57,069 nt of DNA, taken from assembly GCA_030613575.1 (NCBI GenBank), contig JAUWLP010000001.1, forward strand, positions 1 to 57,069, written 5' to 3'. A model generated the notes under the pieces. The model searched no databases and had not been told where the DNA came from. It saw only the letters and a program-made list of their open reading frames with translations. Source of the stretch: Desulfobacteraceae bacterium (lineage in GTDB: Bacteria; Desulfobacterota; Desulfobacteria; Desulfobacterales; UBA11574). The position numbers were made by a program, and so were the translations under genes. Below, piece after piece: positions 17,207-26,513 of this stretch. The stretch's first letter is position 1, and each line of letters begins with the position of its first letter.

Positions 17207-17584
17207 ATGATTACACTCGATTTTAAAAAGATGGGCGGATTGATACCTGCCATTGTTCAGGATTATAAAACCGGTGAGGTTTTAATGCTGGCGTTTATGA
17301 ATCAAGACGCATGGGATGCAACGCTTGACACCGGCAAGGCCACTTATTACAGCCGCACCAGACAAATGCTCTGGATAAAAGGGAAAACGTCCGGAAATAT
17401 GCAACTCGTAAAAGAAATTATGATCGATTGTGATGATGATACGATATTGCTCAAAGTCGAACAGGTCGGAGGCGCATCCTGTCACCTGGGCTATAGAGGC
17501 TGTTTTTTTAAAAAGGTCGAAGATGGAGCAATCCGGATTATCGGAGAACCGGTATTTAACCCTGAGGAGGTATATAAAAAATGA
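17207..17584 (+). CDS. hisI: Phosphoribosyl-AMP cyclohydrolase
   Basis: GLIPAIVQD...[18 protein letters not shown]...[16 protein letters not shown]. Confidence 0.9.
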   Translation: MITLDFKKMGGLIPAIVQDYKTGEVLMLAFMNQDAWDATLDTGKATYYSRTRQMLWIKGKTSGNMQLVKEIMIDCDDDTILLKVEQVGGASCHLGYRGCFFKKVEDGAIRIIGEPVFNPEEVYKK

Positions 17585-18456
17585 CAACGCTGTTAAAACT
17601 GGGGATTCCAAAGGGAAGCCTGCAAAACGCAACCATAGATCTTTTCAAGCGTTCAGGCTGGAAGATTAATGTCAACGGCAGAAACTATTTCCCCGAAATA
17701 AATGATGATACCATCGAATGTACCCTGTGCAGGGCTCAGGAAATGTCCCGACATGTTGAAAACGGCACGCTCGATGCCGGACTTACGGGCAAGGACTGGA
17801 CCGCTGAAAACAAATCGGATGTCCACGTGATCACCGATCTTGTCTACTCCAAAACAAGTGCCAGGCCGGCACGATGGGTACTGGCGGTTGCCCCGGATTC
17901 TCCCATTAAAAAACTAGAAGATCTTGAGGGGAAAAAAATATCGACCGAACTGGTTGAATATACCAAAAACTATTTTTCTGAACGTAACATTAATGTCACC
18001 GTTGAATTTTCATGGGGCGCCACAGAAGCAAAAATCGTTTCCGGTCTTGCCGATGCCATCGTGGAAGTCACTGAGACCGAAAGTACTATCAAGGCTCACG
18101 GGCTGAAAATTGTCCATGAATTGATGCAGACCTGTACTCAGCTCATCGCCAACCACGATGCATGGAAAGATCCTGAAAAAAAAGAAAAACTTGAACAAAT
18201 AGCTCTTTTGCTTAAAGGTGCACTTGTAGCTGAAAAACTTGTGGGCCTTAAAATGAATGTTTCGGAGACTCTCCTTGAAAAGGTTGTCTCCTTGCTTCCC
18301 AGTCTTAATGCTCCAACGGTTGCACCACTTTACAACTCAAACTGGTTTTCTGTGGAAACGGTGGTTGATACCAGTATTGTCAGAGATCTTATCCCAAAGC
18401 TTTTGAAACACGGTGCAGAGGGTATTATAGAATACCCTCTCAACAAGGTTGTTTAA
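17581..18456 (+). CDS. hisG: ATP phosphoribosyltransferase (long form)
   Basis: 291 aa. [10 protein letters not shown] and a C-terminal regulatory domain. ATGA overlap with the hisI stop. Confidence 0.9.
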   Translation: MTTLLKLGIPKGSLQNATIDLFKRSGWKINVNGRNYFPEINDDTIECTLCRAQEMSRHVENGTLDAGLTGKDWTAENKSDVHVITDLVYSKTSARPARWVLAVAPDSPIKKLEDLEGKKISTELVEYTKNYFSERNINVTVEFSWGATEAKIVSGLADAIVEVTETESTIKAHGLKIVHELMQTCTQLIANHDAWKDPEKKEKLEQIALLLKGALVAEKLVGLKMNVSETLLEKVVSLLPSLNAPTVAPLYNSNWFSVETVVDTSIVRDLIPKLLKHGAEGIIEYPLNKVV

Positions 18457-18465
18457 GGAACAGAA

Positions 18466-19629
18466 ATGATATCCAATCGAACCAAAGAAATGACCCCTTT
18501 CATCGTAATGGACGTTCTTGAGAGGGCCCACGAAATAGAACGTCAAGGGGTTCATGTTATCCACCTGGAAGTCGGCGAGCCTGATTTTGATACCCCTCAA
18601 TGTATTAAAGATGCTGCCTGCAAGGCGCTGGACAACGGCCATACCCATTATACACACAGCCTGGGTATGATAGAACTCAGAGAAGCCATCAGTGAACATT
18701 ATTTAAAAACATACGGCGTGTCGGTGGATCCCGATCAGATCGTAATATCATCAGGCACTTCTCCGGCCATGTTTGTCATGTTCTCCGCCCTTCTGGAAAA
18801 AGGAGACCAGGTCATTGTCTCAGATCCCCATTATGCCTGCTATCCTAATTTTATAAAATTCGTACAAGGCGAGCCCGTCTCCATCCCCGTGTATGAGGAA
18901 GACGGCTTTCAATACCGACCCGAATCCATTGAAAAAAAAGTTACCCGGAAAACAAAAGGAATATTGATCAACTCTCCATCCAATCCAACAGGAAACCTGC
19001 TTTCCAAAGACCGAATGGAGGCAGTTGCCGCCATGTCTTCAAAACCAGACTCACTGTATATTATCTCGGATGAAATCTATCATGGCCTGGTCTACGAGGG
19101 AAAAGAGCACTCTATTCTGGAATTCACAGAAAAAGCATTTGTATTCAACGGTTTTTCAAAACTCTATGCAATGACAGGTTTAAGGCTCGGATATATGATC
19201 GCACCAAAACATTTTATTCGTCCAATTCAAAAGGTTCAACAAAATTTTTTTATTTCTGCCAACTCCATGATTCAGGTAGCAGGAATCGCCGCTCTTAAGC
19301 ATGCCGGGGAAGATATTTTGCGCATGAAGCGGATTTACAATGATCGACGACAATACATGATCAGCCGCCTTAAAGATATGGGTTTCGGGATTACCGTGGA
19401 GCCCACAGGGGCTTTTTATGTGTTTGCAAATGCAAAACATATTTCCGGTGACTCGTATAAACTCGCCTTCGACATTCTGGAAAAGGCGCATGTTGGTGTA
19501 ACACCCGGTATCGATTTTGGGAAAAACGGAGAAGGATACCTCCGCTTTTCATATGCAACATCCATAGAAAATATTGCCGAGGGAATGGATAGATTGAAAA
19601 ACTACCTTAAAAAGATTAAAAATTCGTGA
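18466..19629 (+). CDS. Class I/II PLP-dependent aminotransferase (AspC-like)
   Basis: 387 aa with an NSPSNPTG..SKLYAMTGLRLGY pattern that includes the PLP lysine. Confidence 0.85.
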   Translation: MISNRTKEMTPFIVMDVLERAHEIERQGVHVIHLEVGEPDFDTPQCIKDAACKALDNGHTHYTHSLGMIELREAISEHYLKTYGVSVDPDQIVISSGTSPAMFVMFSALLEKGDQVIVSDPHYACYPNFIKFVQGEPVSIPVYEEDGFQYRPESIEKKVTRKTKGILINSPSNPTGNLLSKDRMEAVAAMSSKPDSLYIISDEIYHGLVYEGKEHSILEFTEKAFVFNGFSKLYAMTGLRLGYMIAPKHFIRPIQKVQQNFFISANSMIQVAGIAALKHAGEDILRMKRIYNDRRQYMISRLKDMGFGITVEPTGAFYVFANAKHISGDSYKLAFDILEKAHVGVTPGIDFGKNGEGYLRFSYATSIENIAEGMDRLKNYLKKIKNS

Positions 19630-19765
19630 TCCAAACTCCACGACCTTTTATCGTAATATCAAACGATTGCCATGGCCCGGCTCCAGATCATGGACTTGCC
19701 CTCCTTGGGCAGCATTGGATCGAGGATGGCATAGGACGGACTACCGTAGCTTTTTGAAAAATATT

Positions 19766-22453
19766 TTACGTTATCTTGTCTTTATCGACCGGCCTGTCAT
19801 TGTCGGTCTTGCCGTCGGCGTGCCCGAATCGGATGCCTGCCAGGATCTTTTGGACCGCCGCTTCCATGCTGGTGCTGCGCCCGACCAGCCATGCGGGCAT
19901 CTTTGGAAACCCGCTGATCAAGGCTACAAGCGTCGACGCCGTGTAAGGCACCGACTGGATCAGTAGCATGATCACCCACAGGTAGGCGTCCGGCGAATTC
20001 ATTGTCGTGCACCAAAACACGGCAAACGAGGCCAGCCACAAGGCCAGCATGAACAGCACTTCCTCCCTGGCGGCGGAAAGAGCGTTGGTCAGGGGTTGGG
20101 TGGCTGCCATCTTGGGGGTGCGAAAGAAGGCCCGATCTTTTCTGAAAAGCCCCGTAAGCACGGCCCGGCCGATGACATGCGTCAGCGCCAGGCCGGCTAT
20201 GACGGCAGCCATTGTCTGTCGGGGGCTTGCACCTACCCGGGTAATGTAGAGATGGATTAGCTTGATCATTTTGAAGCAGAACAGAGCTATGGGCAATGCG
20301 ACAAACATGATCAGCGGAGGGTCCACCTTGCGAGGCAGCCACACCATGGCCGTTGACCAGGTCAAGGCGGCAAAGTTGAAGGCCAGATTAAAACCGTCGG
20401 CCAGCCACGGCAGCCATCCGGCGATGAAGTGGTACCGCTGCCCCCCACTCAGGCCGGTGCGTCCCAGAAGGGCGCTGCGGTGGCGCCGCATGATCTGAGT
20501 TGCACCGAAGGCCCACCGGAAGCGCTGTTTTTTGAAATCAGCCAGGGTATCGGGCATCAGGCCCTTGCCGTAACTTCGGGATACATAGACCGCCTCGTAG
20601 CCGCGTTCGAAGATGCGCAATCCCAACTCTGCGTCCTCGGTGATACACCACTCCGCCCAGCCGCCAACGTCTTCCAGCACCCGGCGACGGACCAGGGTCA
20701 TAGTGCCGTGCTGGATGATGGCGTTGCGCTCGTTGCGGGTGATCATGCCGATGTAAAAAAACCCGCGGTATTCGGCATGCATCATGGCCTTGAATGTGTT
20801 GACATCACCGTCTCGATAGTCCTGGGGCGCCTGGACGATAGCAATACGCGGGTTTGTAAATAGGGATACGAGGTCCTTGAGCCATCCCGGACGGACCTGG
20901 TAGTCGCTATCGATTACTGCAACAATCTTAACATCCGGCGCCGTCCGGCCGAGGGCGTAGTTCAGGGCTCCGGACTTAAACCCTGCCAGCGGATTGACGT
21001 GAAAGAACCGAAAGCGAGGGCCGAGTTTGCGGCAATGCGCTTCAACGGGCTGCCAGATCCCCGGGTCCCGGGTGTTGTTGTCGATGACGATCACCTCAAA
21101 GTCCGGATAGTCCAGAGCCGCCAGCGCGTTCAGGGTCTTGATGACCATATCGGGAGGCTCGTTGTAGATCGGCAGATGGACCGAGACTTTGTGTGGCACG
21201 AACGGGATCGCTTCCTTCGGAATAAACAGGCGGGTGCGGTAGCGTGCCCAGTGCGCTTCGGCCCACTCGTGCGTCTCGGCCAGAAGCATCAGCATAACAC
21301 CGATCATCCCTATGAACATAAGCAGGCCCACGATCAGGATATAGGGGGACAGGTACTGGCGACTGTAATCGTTGACAACCCAGACGGCGGCTGTGGCCGC
21401 GGCAAAGGCGACTATGGCCAGAAAACTTCGCCCGCCCCGGCGCAGGGCCCGTCTGTCTAACAGCAGCAGGCTGAAGATAATCAAGGCCACTACTACGGAC
21501 AGGCCGGCCAGTACTTTCCAGTGGGGAATGCGGACCACCGGTGCGGTGAAGGGAAATTTGGGCTGACGGTGCACGTCATATACGCCCCAGTAGGCGCCCA
21601 CCGAACCCTCGGCCACCGCCTTCCAGGGCTGGTCAAAGGCTTCCATCACGTAATAGATGTAGCGTTGCTGATCGGCTTGTTTCAGGAAACGCCTCAGGAA
21701 CAGGGCCTCGTTGGCGGTGGAGGCCACGGCGGACTGGCGGGTCCGGCCGTTGCTGGGCCAGCCGACTTCGCCAATCACGATGGGCATACCGGGAAAGGTG
21801 TGCTGCAGCAGGTCCAGCTTATCGAAAATGTAACCAACCGCCCGATCAACGTGCACCCCTTCCCAGTAAGGGAGCATGTGAACGGCGATATAGTCCACAT
21901 GGCGGGCCAGATCCGGATGCTTGATCCATACGTGCCATGGTTCGGCGGTACTTACCGGCTGCCAAACGGCCTCGCGCAAATGGTCAAGGTGCCCGAAGAG
22001 TTCCTCCTTGGGCATATTGCCCCGGAGCACCACTTCGTTGCCGACAATCAGCCGCACAACATTGCGGTGGGTCCAGGCCAGCCGCTTGGCGGTTTCAACC
22101 TCCTGGTGGTTGCGTTCTTTGTCGTCGCCGATCCAGACCCCGAGTGCCACGTTGATGTTGTGCTTGTCCGCCAGAACAGGAACCTGGCCCAGCGGGCCGT
22201 CAACACTGTAAGTTCGCACGGCATAGGTTTTGCCGGACAACCGTTCAAGATCCTCCTCGATCTCTTGCTCCGATGGGTAGTCGCGGGCAATGCCGTCCTG
22301 ATCGGCACGGAATGGGGAAAAGGAAAAGCCCTGTATGTTATTCGGCCAGGGCGGCTCGGGGACAGGGCGGTTGAAATAGGCCCATAAACTGAACGTCACC
22401 ACCGCAAAGGTAATGACGATCAACAGGTCGGCAAAGATAGTGGAACGACTCAT
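19766..22453 (-). CDS. Bifunctional GH17 glycoside hydrolase / GT2 glycosyltransferase, NdvB-like beta-1,3-glucan synthase
   Basis: 895 aa. N-terminal TM, then a GH17-like region (GVWIGDD, VGNEV, IGEVGWPS). Then TM segments and a GT2 region (IVIDNNT, DSDY, QAPQDY, TEDAELGLR, QRFRWAFG) followed by C-terminal TMs. The gene is much more GC-rich than its flanks. Confidence 0.8.
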   Translation of the reverse strand: MSRSTIFADLLIVITFAVVTFSLWAYFNRPVPEPPWPNNIQGFSFSPFRADQDGIARDYPSEQEIEEDLERLSGKTYAVRTYSVDGPLGQVPVLADKHNINVALGVWIGDDKERNHQEVETAKRLAWTHRNVVRLIVGNEVVLRGNMPKEELFGHLDHLREAVWQPVSTAEPWHVWIKHPDLARHVDYIAVHMLPYWEGVHVDRAVGYIFDKLDLLQHTFPGMPIVIGEVGWPSNGRTRQSAVASTANEALFLRRFLKQADQQRYIYYVMEAFDQPWKAVAEGSVGAYWGVYDVHRQPKFPFTAPVVRIPHWKVLAGLSVVVALIIFSLLLLDRRALRRGGRSFLAIVAFAAATAAVWVVNDYSRQYLSPYILIVGLLMFIGMIGVMLMLLAETHEWAEAHWARYRTRLFIPKEAIPFVPHKVSVHLPIYNEPPDMVIKTLNALAALDYPDFEVIVIDNNTRDPGIWQPVEAHCRKLGPRFRFFHVNPLAGFKSGALNYALGRTAPDVKIVAVIDSDYQVRPGWLKDLVSLFTNPRIAIVQAPQDYRDGDVNTFKAMMHAEYRGFFYIGMITRNERNAIIQHGTMTLVRRRVLEDVGGWAEWCITEDAELGLRIFERGYEAVYVSRSYGKGLMPDTLADFKKQRFRWAFGATQIMRRHRSALLGRTGLSGGQRYHFIAGWLPWLADGFNLAFNFAALTWSTAMVWLPRKVDPPLIMFVALPIALFCFKMIKLIHLYITRVGASPRQTMAAVIAGLALTHVIGRAVLTGLFRKDRAFFRTPKMAATQPLTNALSAAREEVLFMLALWLASFAVFWCTTMNSPDAYLWVIMLLIQSVPYTASTLVALISGFPKMPAWLVGRSTSMEAAVQKILAGIRFGHADGKTDNDRPVDKDKIT

Positions 22454-22842
22454 TGTATGGGATTATCCGGTTTGCAGTGACAATGATACCCTGAATACGG
22501 GCAATGAAAAATCAAATATCGAAAGTTAGGCGCTTTGTCAATGACCAAATTTTATAAAACTTCTCATAATTTCAATGGGTTTGGATATATATCGCCTGTT
22601 TGACCGTGACAGGGCTTTTATTTAAAGTAGGATTCAACAGGATAATTGGGATCGGTCAGGTAATCATCCACTCCCCAACACTTTACAAAACTTATTATCA
22701 AATCCGTCATGGCGCAGGGTGTGGCGATAGCCTCGTTGATTTCATAATAAACATTACTTTTTGGGCTTGCATAAAACATGGTATATTAATAATAAAGACT
22801 ATCAACTAACAACATAAAAACGTAATATTTGAAAATCCGTAT

Positions 22843-23442
22843 ATGATCATAAAATCGGCTGAATTTGTTAAAAGTGCTGTCAATCCATCTCAGTATCCTT
22901 CCGCGGTTTTGCCGGAGATTGCTTTTACAGGACGTTCCAATGTGGGCAAATCTTCTCTGATCAATACACTGTTAAACCGTAAACGTTTGGTAAAGACCAG
23001 TTCCACACCCGGACGTACCCAGCTCATTAATTTTTTTCTCATAAACAAGGCTTTTTCGTTTGTAGACCTTCCGGGATTCGGATATGCAAAGGTTCCGGAT
23101 GCTGTGAGAAGACAATGGGGCCCCATGATTGAAACATACCTTTCAACCAGAAAGACGTTGAAAGGGGTGGTTCTTATCATGGATATTCGACGGATACCCG
23201 GTATGCAAGAGTTGAATTTCATCGAATGGTTGCATTATCACAACATTCCCAGTATTTTAATACTGACAAAGGCAGACAAACTTTCCAAAACAAAACAGTT
23301 GAAACAGCATCTTAACATAGCAAAAGCCTTAAGTGTCGATAAAGATGATCTGATCATCTTTTCAACCAAATCACGCCTGGGCAAGGATGCGGTATGGCAT
23401 GCTGTTGAAGGGTTAATCGGCTACCATCTAAAATCTGCATAA
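22843..23442 (+). CDS. engB: Ribosome biogenesis GTPase YsxC/EngB
   Basis: GRSNVGKSSLIN, DLPGFGYA, TKADK motifs. Confidence 0.9.
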   Translation: MIIKSAEFVKSAVNPSQYPSAVLPEIAFTGRSNVGKSSLINTLLNRKRLVKTSSTPGRTQLINFFLINKAFSFVDLPGFGYAKVPDAVRRQWGPMIETYLSTRKTLKGVVLIMDIRRIPGMQELNFIEWLHYHNIPSILILTKADKLSKTKQLKQHLNIAKALSVDKDDLIIFSTKSRLGKDAVWHAVEGLIGYHLKSA

Positions 23443-23510
23443 ATTGTACTTGGAAAGGTATGGACAAGCGCAGAATTTAGCTGCCACTCTTAAGTGATAT
23501 ATGGTATAAT

Positions 23511-24419
23511 ATGTCGAATAAAAAGGATAAATTTGCCGGCTTTAGATCCGGATTTGTGGCCATTGTGGGGGCGCCCAACGTGGGCAAATCCACGCTTTTA
23601 AACCAAATGCTGGGCGAAAAAATTTCCATTACCTCCAAAAAACCTCAAACCACCCGGAACCGTATCCTCGGTGTTATGCACAGATCCTCTTCACAACTTG
23701 TCTTCATTGACACCCCGGGAATTCATAAAGCAAAACGGCCATTAAACATCAGGATTGTGGATGCAGCCCTTTCGGCTCTGGGGAATGTGGATATTGTTCT
23801 TGTTATGGTTGATGTGGCAAATCCGGACCCGGATTCAGAAGCTTTTCTGGTAAAAAAACTCAAAAAAATAAAACAACCGGTTGTTCTTGCCCTTAACAAG
23901 ACAGATCTTGTTAAAAAACCTGTGCTCCTTTCAATCATAGATAACTGGGCAAAGGCGTATTCATTTGAAGCCATAATTCCGGTTTCCGCCATACTTGGAG
24001 CCCAGTTGGAAGAACTTATTGAAGCCATGGAGGCTCTTTTGCCAAAAGGCCCGCCATTGTTCCCCGAAGATACCCTCACCGATTTGCCGGAACGATTTAT
24101 TGCTGCGGAAATGATACGTGAAAAGGTTTTCCGTTTAACCGGCCAGGAGATACCATATTCCACCGCGGTAACGATAGAGTCATTCTCTGAAAAGAAAAAA
24201 GGCTCCCTTGTAAAGATTCATGCAACCATTCATGTTGAGCGCGCTTCACAAAAAGGGATGATAATTGGCAAAAACGGGAGCAAGCTGAAAATGATCGGCA
24301 CAGAAGCCAGAAAAGAAATAGAACAGATGGTGGGTACCAAGGTCTTTCTAAAACTTTTTGTACGAGTACATAAAAACTGGAGTAAAGACACTAAAGCTCT
24401 TAGAAGATTTGGTTACTGA
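23511..24419 (+). CDS. era: GTPase Era
   Basis: GAPNVGKSTLLN, DTPG, NKTD and a C-terminal KH domain (VERASQKGMIIGKNG). Confidence 0.92.
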   Translation: MSNKKDKFAGFRSGFVAIVGAPNVGKSTLLNQMLGEKISITSKKPQTTRNRILGVMHRSSSQLVFIDTPGIHKAKRPLNIRIVDAALSALGNVDIVLVMVDVANPDPDSEAFLVKKLKKIKQPVVLALNKTDLVKKPVLLSIIDNWAKAYSFEAIIPVSAILGAQLEELIEAMEALLPKGPPLFPEDTLTDLPERFIAAEMIREKVFRLTGQEIPYSTAVTIESFSEKKKGSLVKIHATIHVERASQKGMIIGKNGSKLKMIGTEARKEIEQMVGTKVFLKLFVRVHKNWSKDTKALRRFGY

Positions 24420-25270
24420 TGATCCTTTCTTTTCACCCCTGCTTTGAGGCAGATAAAAATTTGCTTTGTGCCGGGCGGGAGCCTGACGCTGATGATCTTG
24501 CTGCAATCAAGGCTGCCAATGCCGTAATCCTGCCCCAGGGGTGCTATCGATCCCTGTACGAAATAGCACATAACAACTGCAGATATGTCTTTCCGAATTT
24601 CGATGTTAGATTCAAATATGCGGGTAAAATCGGTCAGGCTCGCCTTTTTCAGCAAAAAAATGTTCCCTATCCAAGAACTGAAACACATCTAAATGTCGAC
24701 GCATTTGTCGGACACTATGGCGGTTTTTCTGCACAGCCGGCCTTTGATTTTCCGTTTGTATTGAAATTCGACTGGGGAGGGGAAGGGTACCAAGTTTATC
24801 TTATACAATCGGCCTCGGAATTTAAGGATATTTTGCAAGCCGCCAGAAACTTTGAAGATAGCGGCCATACAGGATTTATAATACAGGAATACATCTCTTC
24901 AAACAACAGGTCGTTGAGAGTTGTCGTCATCGGCCAAACAGTTATTTCTTACTGGCGTGTTCAAAGTAACAACCAAAGCTTTTACTCAAATCTTGCCAAA
25001 GGAGCTGTTATCGACACCGATGCTGATCCGGACTTGCAGGAGATGGCTGTTAAATCTGTAAAGGCTTTTTGTTCCCGGACCGGGATCAACCTGGCCGGCT
25101 TCGATCTGCTTTTTTCATCCCAGAGAAAAAACAGAACACCACTTTTTCTTGAAATAAACTATTATTTCGGTCGAAGGGGTCTGGGGGGGTCCGAAAGATT
25201 TTATGAAATACTAACCACAGAAATCACAAAATGGATTGACAGCCTCGGCTTATCGCTAAGTAATGGGTAA
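24419..25270 (+). CDS. ATP-grasp domain protein (RimK/glutathione-synthetase-like)
   Basis: 283 aa. FVLKFDWGGEGYQVYL, IIQEYI and FDLLF...LEINYYFG patterns. The ATG overlaps the era stop (TGATG). Confidence 0.65.
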   Translation: MILSFHPCFEADKNLLCAGREPDADDLAAIKAANAVILPQGCYRSLYEIAHNNCRYVFPNFDVRFKYAGKIGQARLFQQKNVPYPRTETHLNVDAFVGHYGGFSAQPAFDFPFVLKFDWGGEGYQVYLIQSASEFKDILQAARNFEDSGHTGFIIQEYISSNNRSLRVVVIGQTVISYWRVQSNNQSFYSNLAKGAVIDTDADPDLQEMAVKSVKAFCSRTGINLAGFDLLFSSQRKNRTPLFLEINYYFGRRGLGGSERFYEILTTEITKWIDSLGLSLSNG

Positions 25271-25328
25271 GCACCATGCATAATATTGTTTTAAAAAAAG
25301 CAGAGGCTGTCAAGCAATAAGACATAAT

Positions 25329-25640
25329 ATGGCACCATTTGCATATAATCTGGACGAAGGAGACATAAAGAGAGAGCGCCGCAAGGCTAGAGAACTCCGG
25401 AATTCTCAGTGGTGGAAACGCCGCTGTGCCAAAGGGGTCTGCCATTACTGTGGGCGGCCTACGTCGCCCAAAGAACTCACCATGGACCATATTGTACCCA
25501 TCGCCCGCGGCGGTCGAAGCACAAAAGGAAACGTGGTTGCTGCCTGCAAGGAATGCAACAACTCCAAAAGACAGCTTCTTCCCATGGAATGGGAAGAGTA
25601 CTTAAAAGAATTCCGGACTGACACCGATCCGGTTAAGTAA
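25329..25640 (+). CDS. Small HNH endonuclease-domain protein
   Basis: CHYCGR...LTMDHIVPIARGG...NVVAACKECNNSK. Confidence 0.8.
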   Translation: MAPFAYNLDEGDIKRERRKARELRNSQWWKRRCAKGVCHYCGRPTSPKELTMDHIVPIARGGRSTKGNVVAACKECNNSKRQLLPMEWEEYLKEFRTDTDPVK

Positions 25641-25795
25641 TTCCCTGCTTCACAGCATCCCCTGCTTGGCATTTACCTTTGTTAATACATCAACAACAAA
25701 TTCTATCCGGGATTTTATTGTTCTTTTCAAGAGTATCAATAAATAACATTCAATAAATAATTATTTATAAAAAAAAATCCTTGATTTATCTATAT

Positions 25796-25804
25796 TGGTA
25801 TAAT
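25796..25804 (+). promoter_or_regulatory. Extended -10 element (TGgTATAAT) upstream of cytochrome c3/fdh operon
   Basis: tggtataat at 25796-25804. There is no good -35. It would give a leader of about 240 nt. Confidence 0.3.
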
Positions 25805-26050
25805 ATATCTATTTCGTTATAATTAATGCAGCGCTTTGCGGTATATTATGGTGTCTTAGCGGCATACTAAATCGGCCTTGAATTTCTCAGAAAAACATCG
25901 CTTTTAGAGGTAATTAGATGATTTGTTCCAACAGTGTTTACAAAATCGATTCCATTCCCTTTGTCGAAAAACCTCTTTCCATAACTTACGAAAAACCGTT
26001 TTTCATAATTTTTATAGGGTGTGTATAAGTTTATCGGAGGGGAGACACTC

Positions 26051-26443
26051 ATGAAGCATCGACATCTGATTTTGGCTTTTATCCTTGTTGTCGTTCTGGC
26101 CGCATCCTCAGCATGGTCTCAAAAAGATGAAGTCCAGGAAGGGATCATGGACCTGAAAAGCAAAGGTTTTAGTAAACACTTTCAGCCGCCGGTGAGATTT
26201 GATCACTATTTGCACGAGACCATTCTTCGTTGCAGGATCTGCCATCATGATTTTAATGTCTTCTACGACAGAAACTTCGGTAAAGGCAGCAAGTGCTCTA
26301 CCTGTCACAAAGAGAAACTCAACAAAGATATTCCAGTGCCCCTGTTGATGGCCTTTCATCAAAAATGCAGGGGCTGTCATGAGAATTATTTAATATGGGG
26401 TCGCCGCAGTGGCCCAATAATGTGCGGCGTCTGCCACAAATAA
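26051..26443 (+). CDS. Tetrahaem cytochrome c3-family protein (periplasmic)
   Basis: Signal-peptide-like N-terminus from the ATG at 26051 (RBS ggagg). Four CxxCH motifs: CRICH, CSTCH, CRGCH, CGVCH. Confidence 0.8.
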   Translation: MKHRHLILAFILVVVLAASSAWSQKDEVQEGIMDLKSKGFSKHFQPPVRFDHYLHETILRCRICHHDFNVFYDRNFGKGSKCSTCHKEKLNKDIPVPLLMAFHQKCRGCHENYLIWGRRSGPIMCGVCHK

Positions 26444-26513
26444 AAAGGAGGTATTAAAGTCACTGTCAGTCTTTTGGATAAACGTTCATTCTTTATGTAA
26501 GAAAGGAGGTAAC

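Noticed and set aside
19667-22387. Many long ORFs overlapping or antisense to the GH17-GT2 gene (e.g. 19667-19966, 19797-20342, 20429-20863, 20999-21460, 21521-22387).
   Set aside because: They are typical stop-codon-poor artefacts of a GC-rich segment. Their translations are Arg/Pro/Gly/Ala-rich with no motifs, while the 895-aa frame shows clear GH17 and GT2 signatures.
22600-22760. A 53-codon minus-strand ORF (MFYASPKSNVYYEINEAIATPCAMTDL...) upstream of the GH17-GT2 gene.
   Set aside because: It is below the ORF-track threshold, with no clear RBS and no recognisable family. It could be a real small protein, but that is unsupported.
25641-26050. A possible Moco/Wco riboswitch or other riboswitch in the 410-nt AT-rich region upstream of the cytochrome c3/fdh operon.
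   Set aside because: I could not find the GC-rich conserved helices I associate with the Moco RNA motif. The region is AT-rich and looks like promoter or leader. It needs an Rfam scan to exclude properly.
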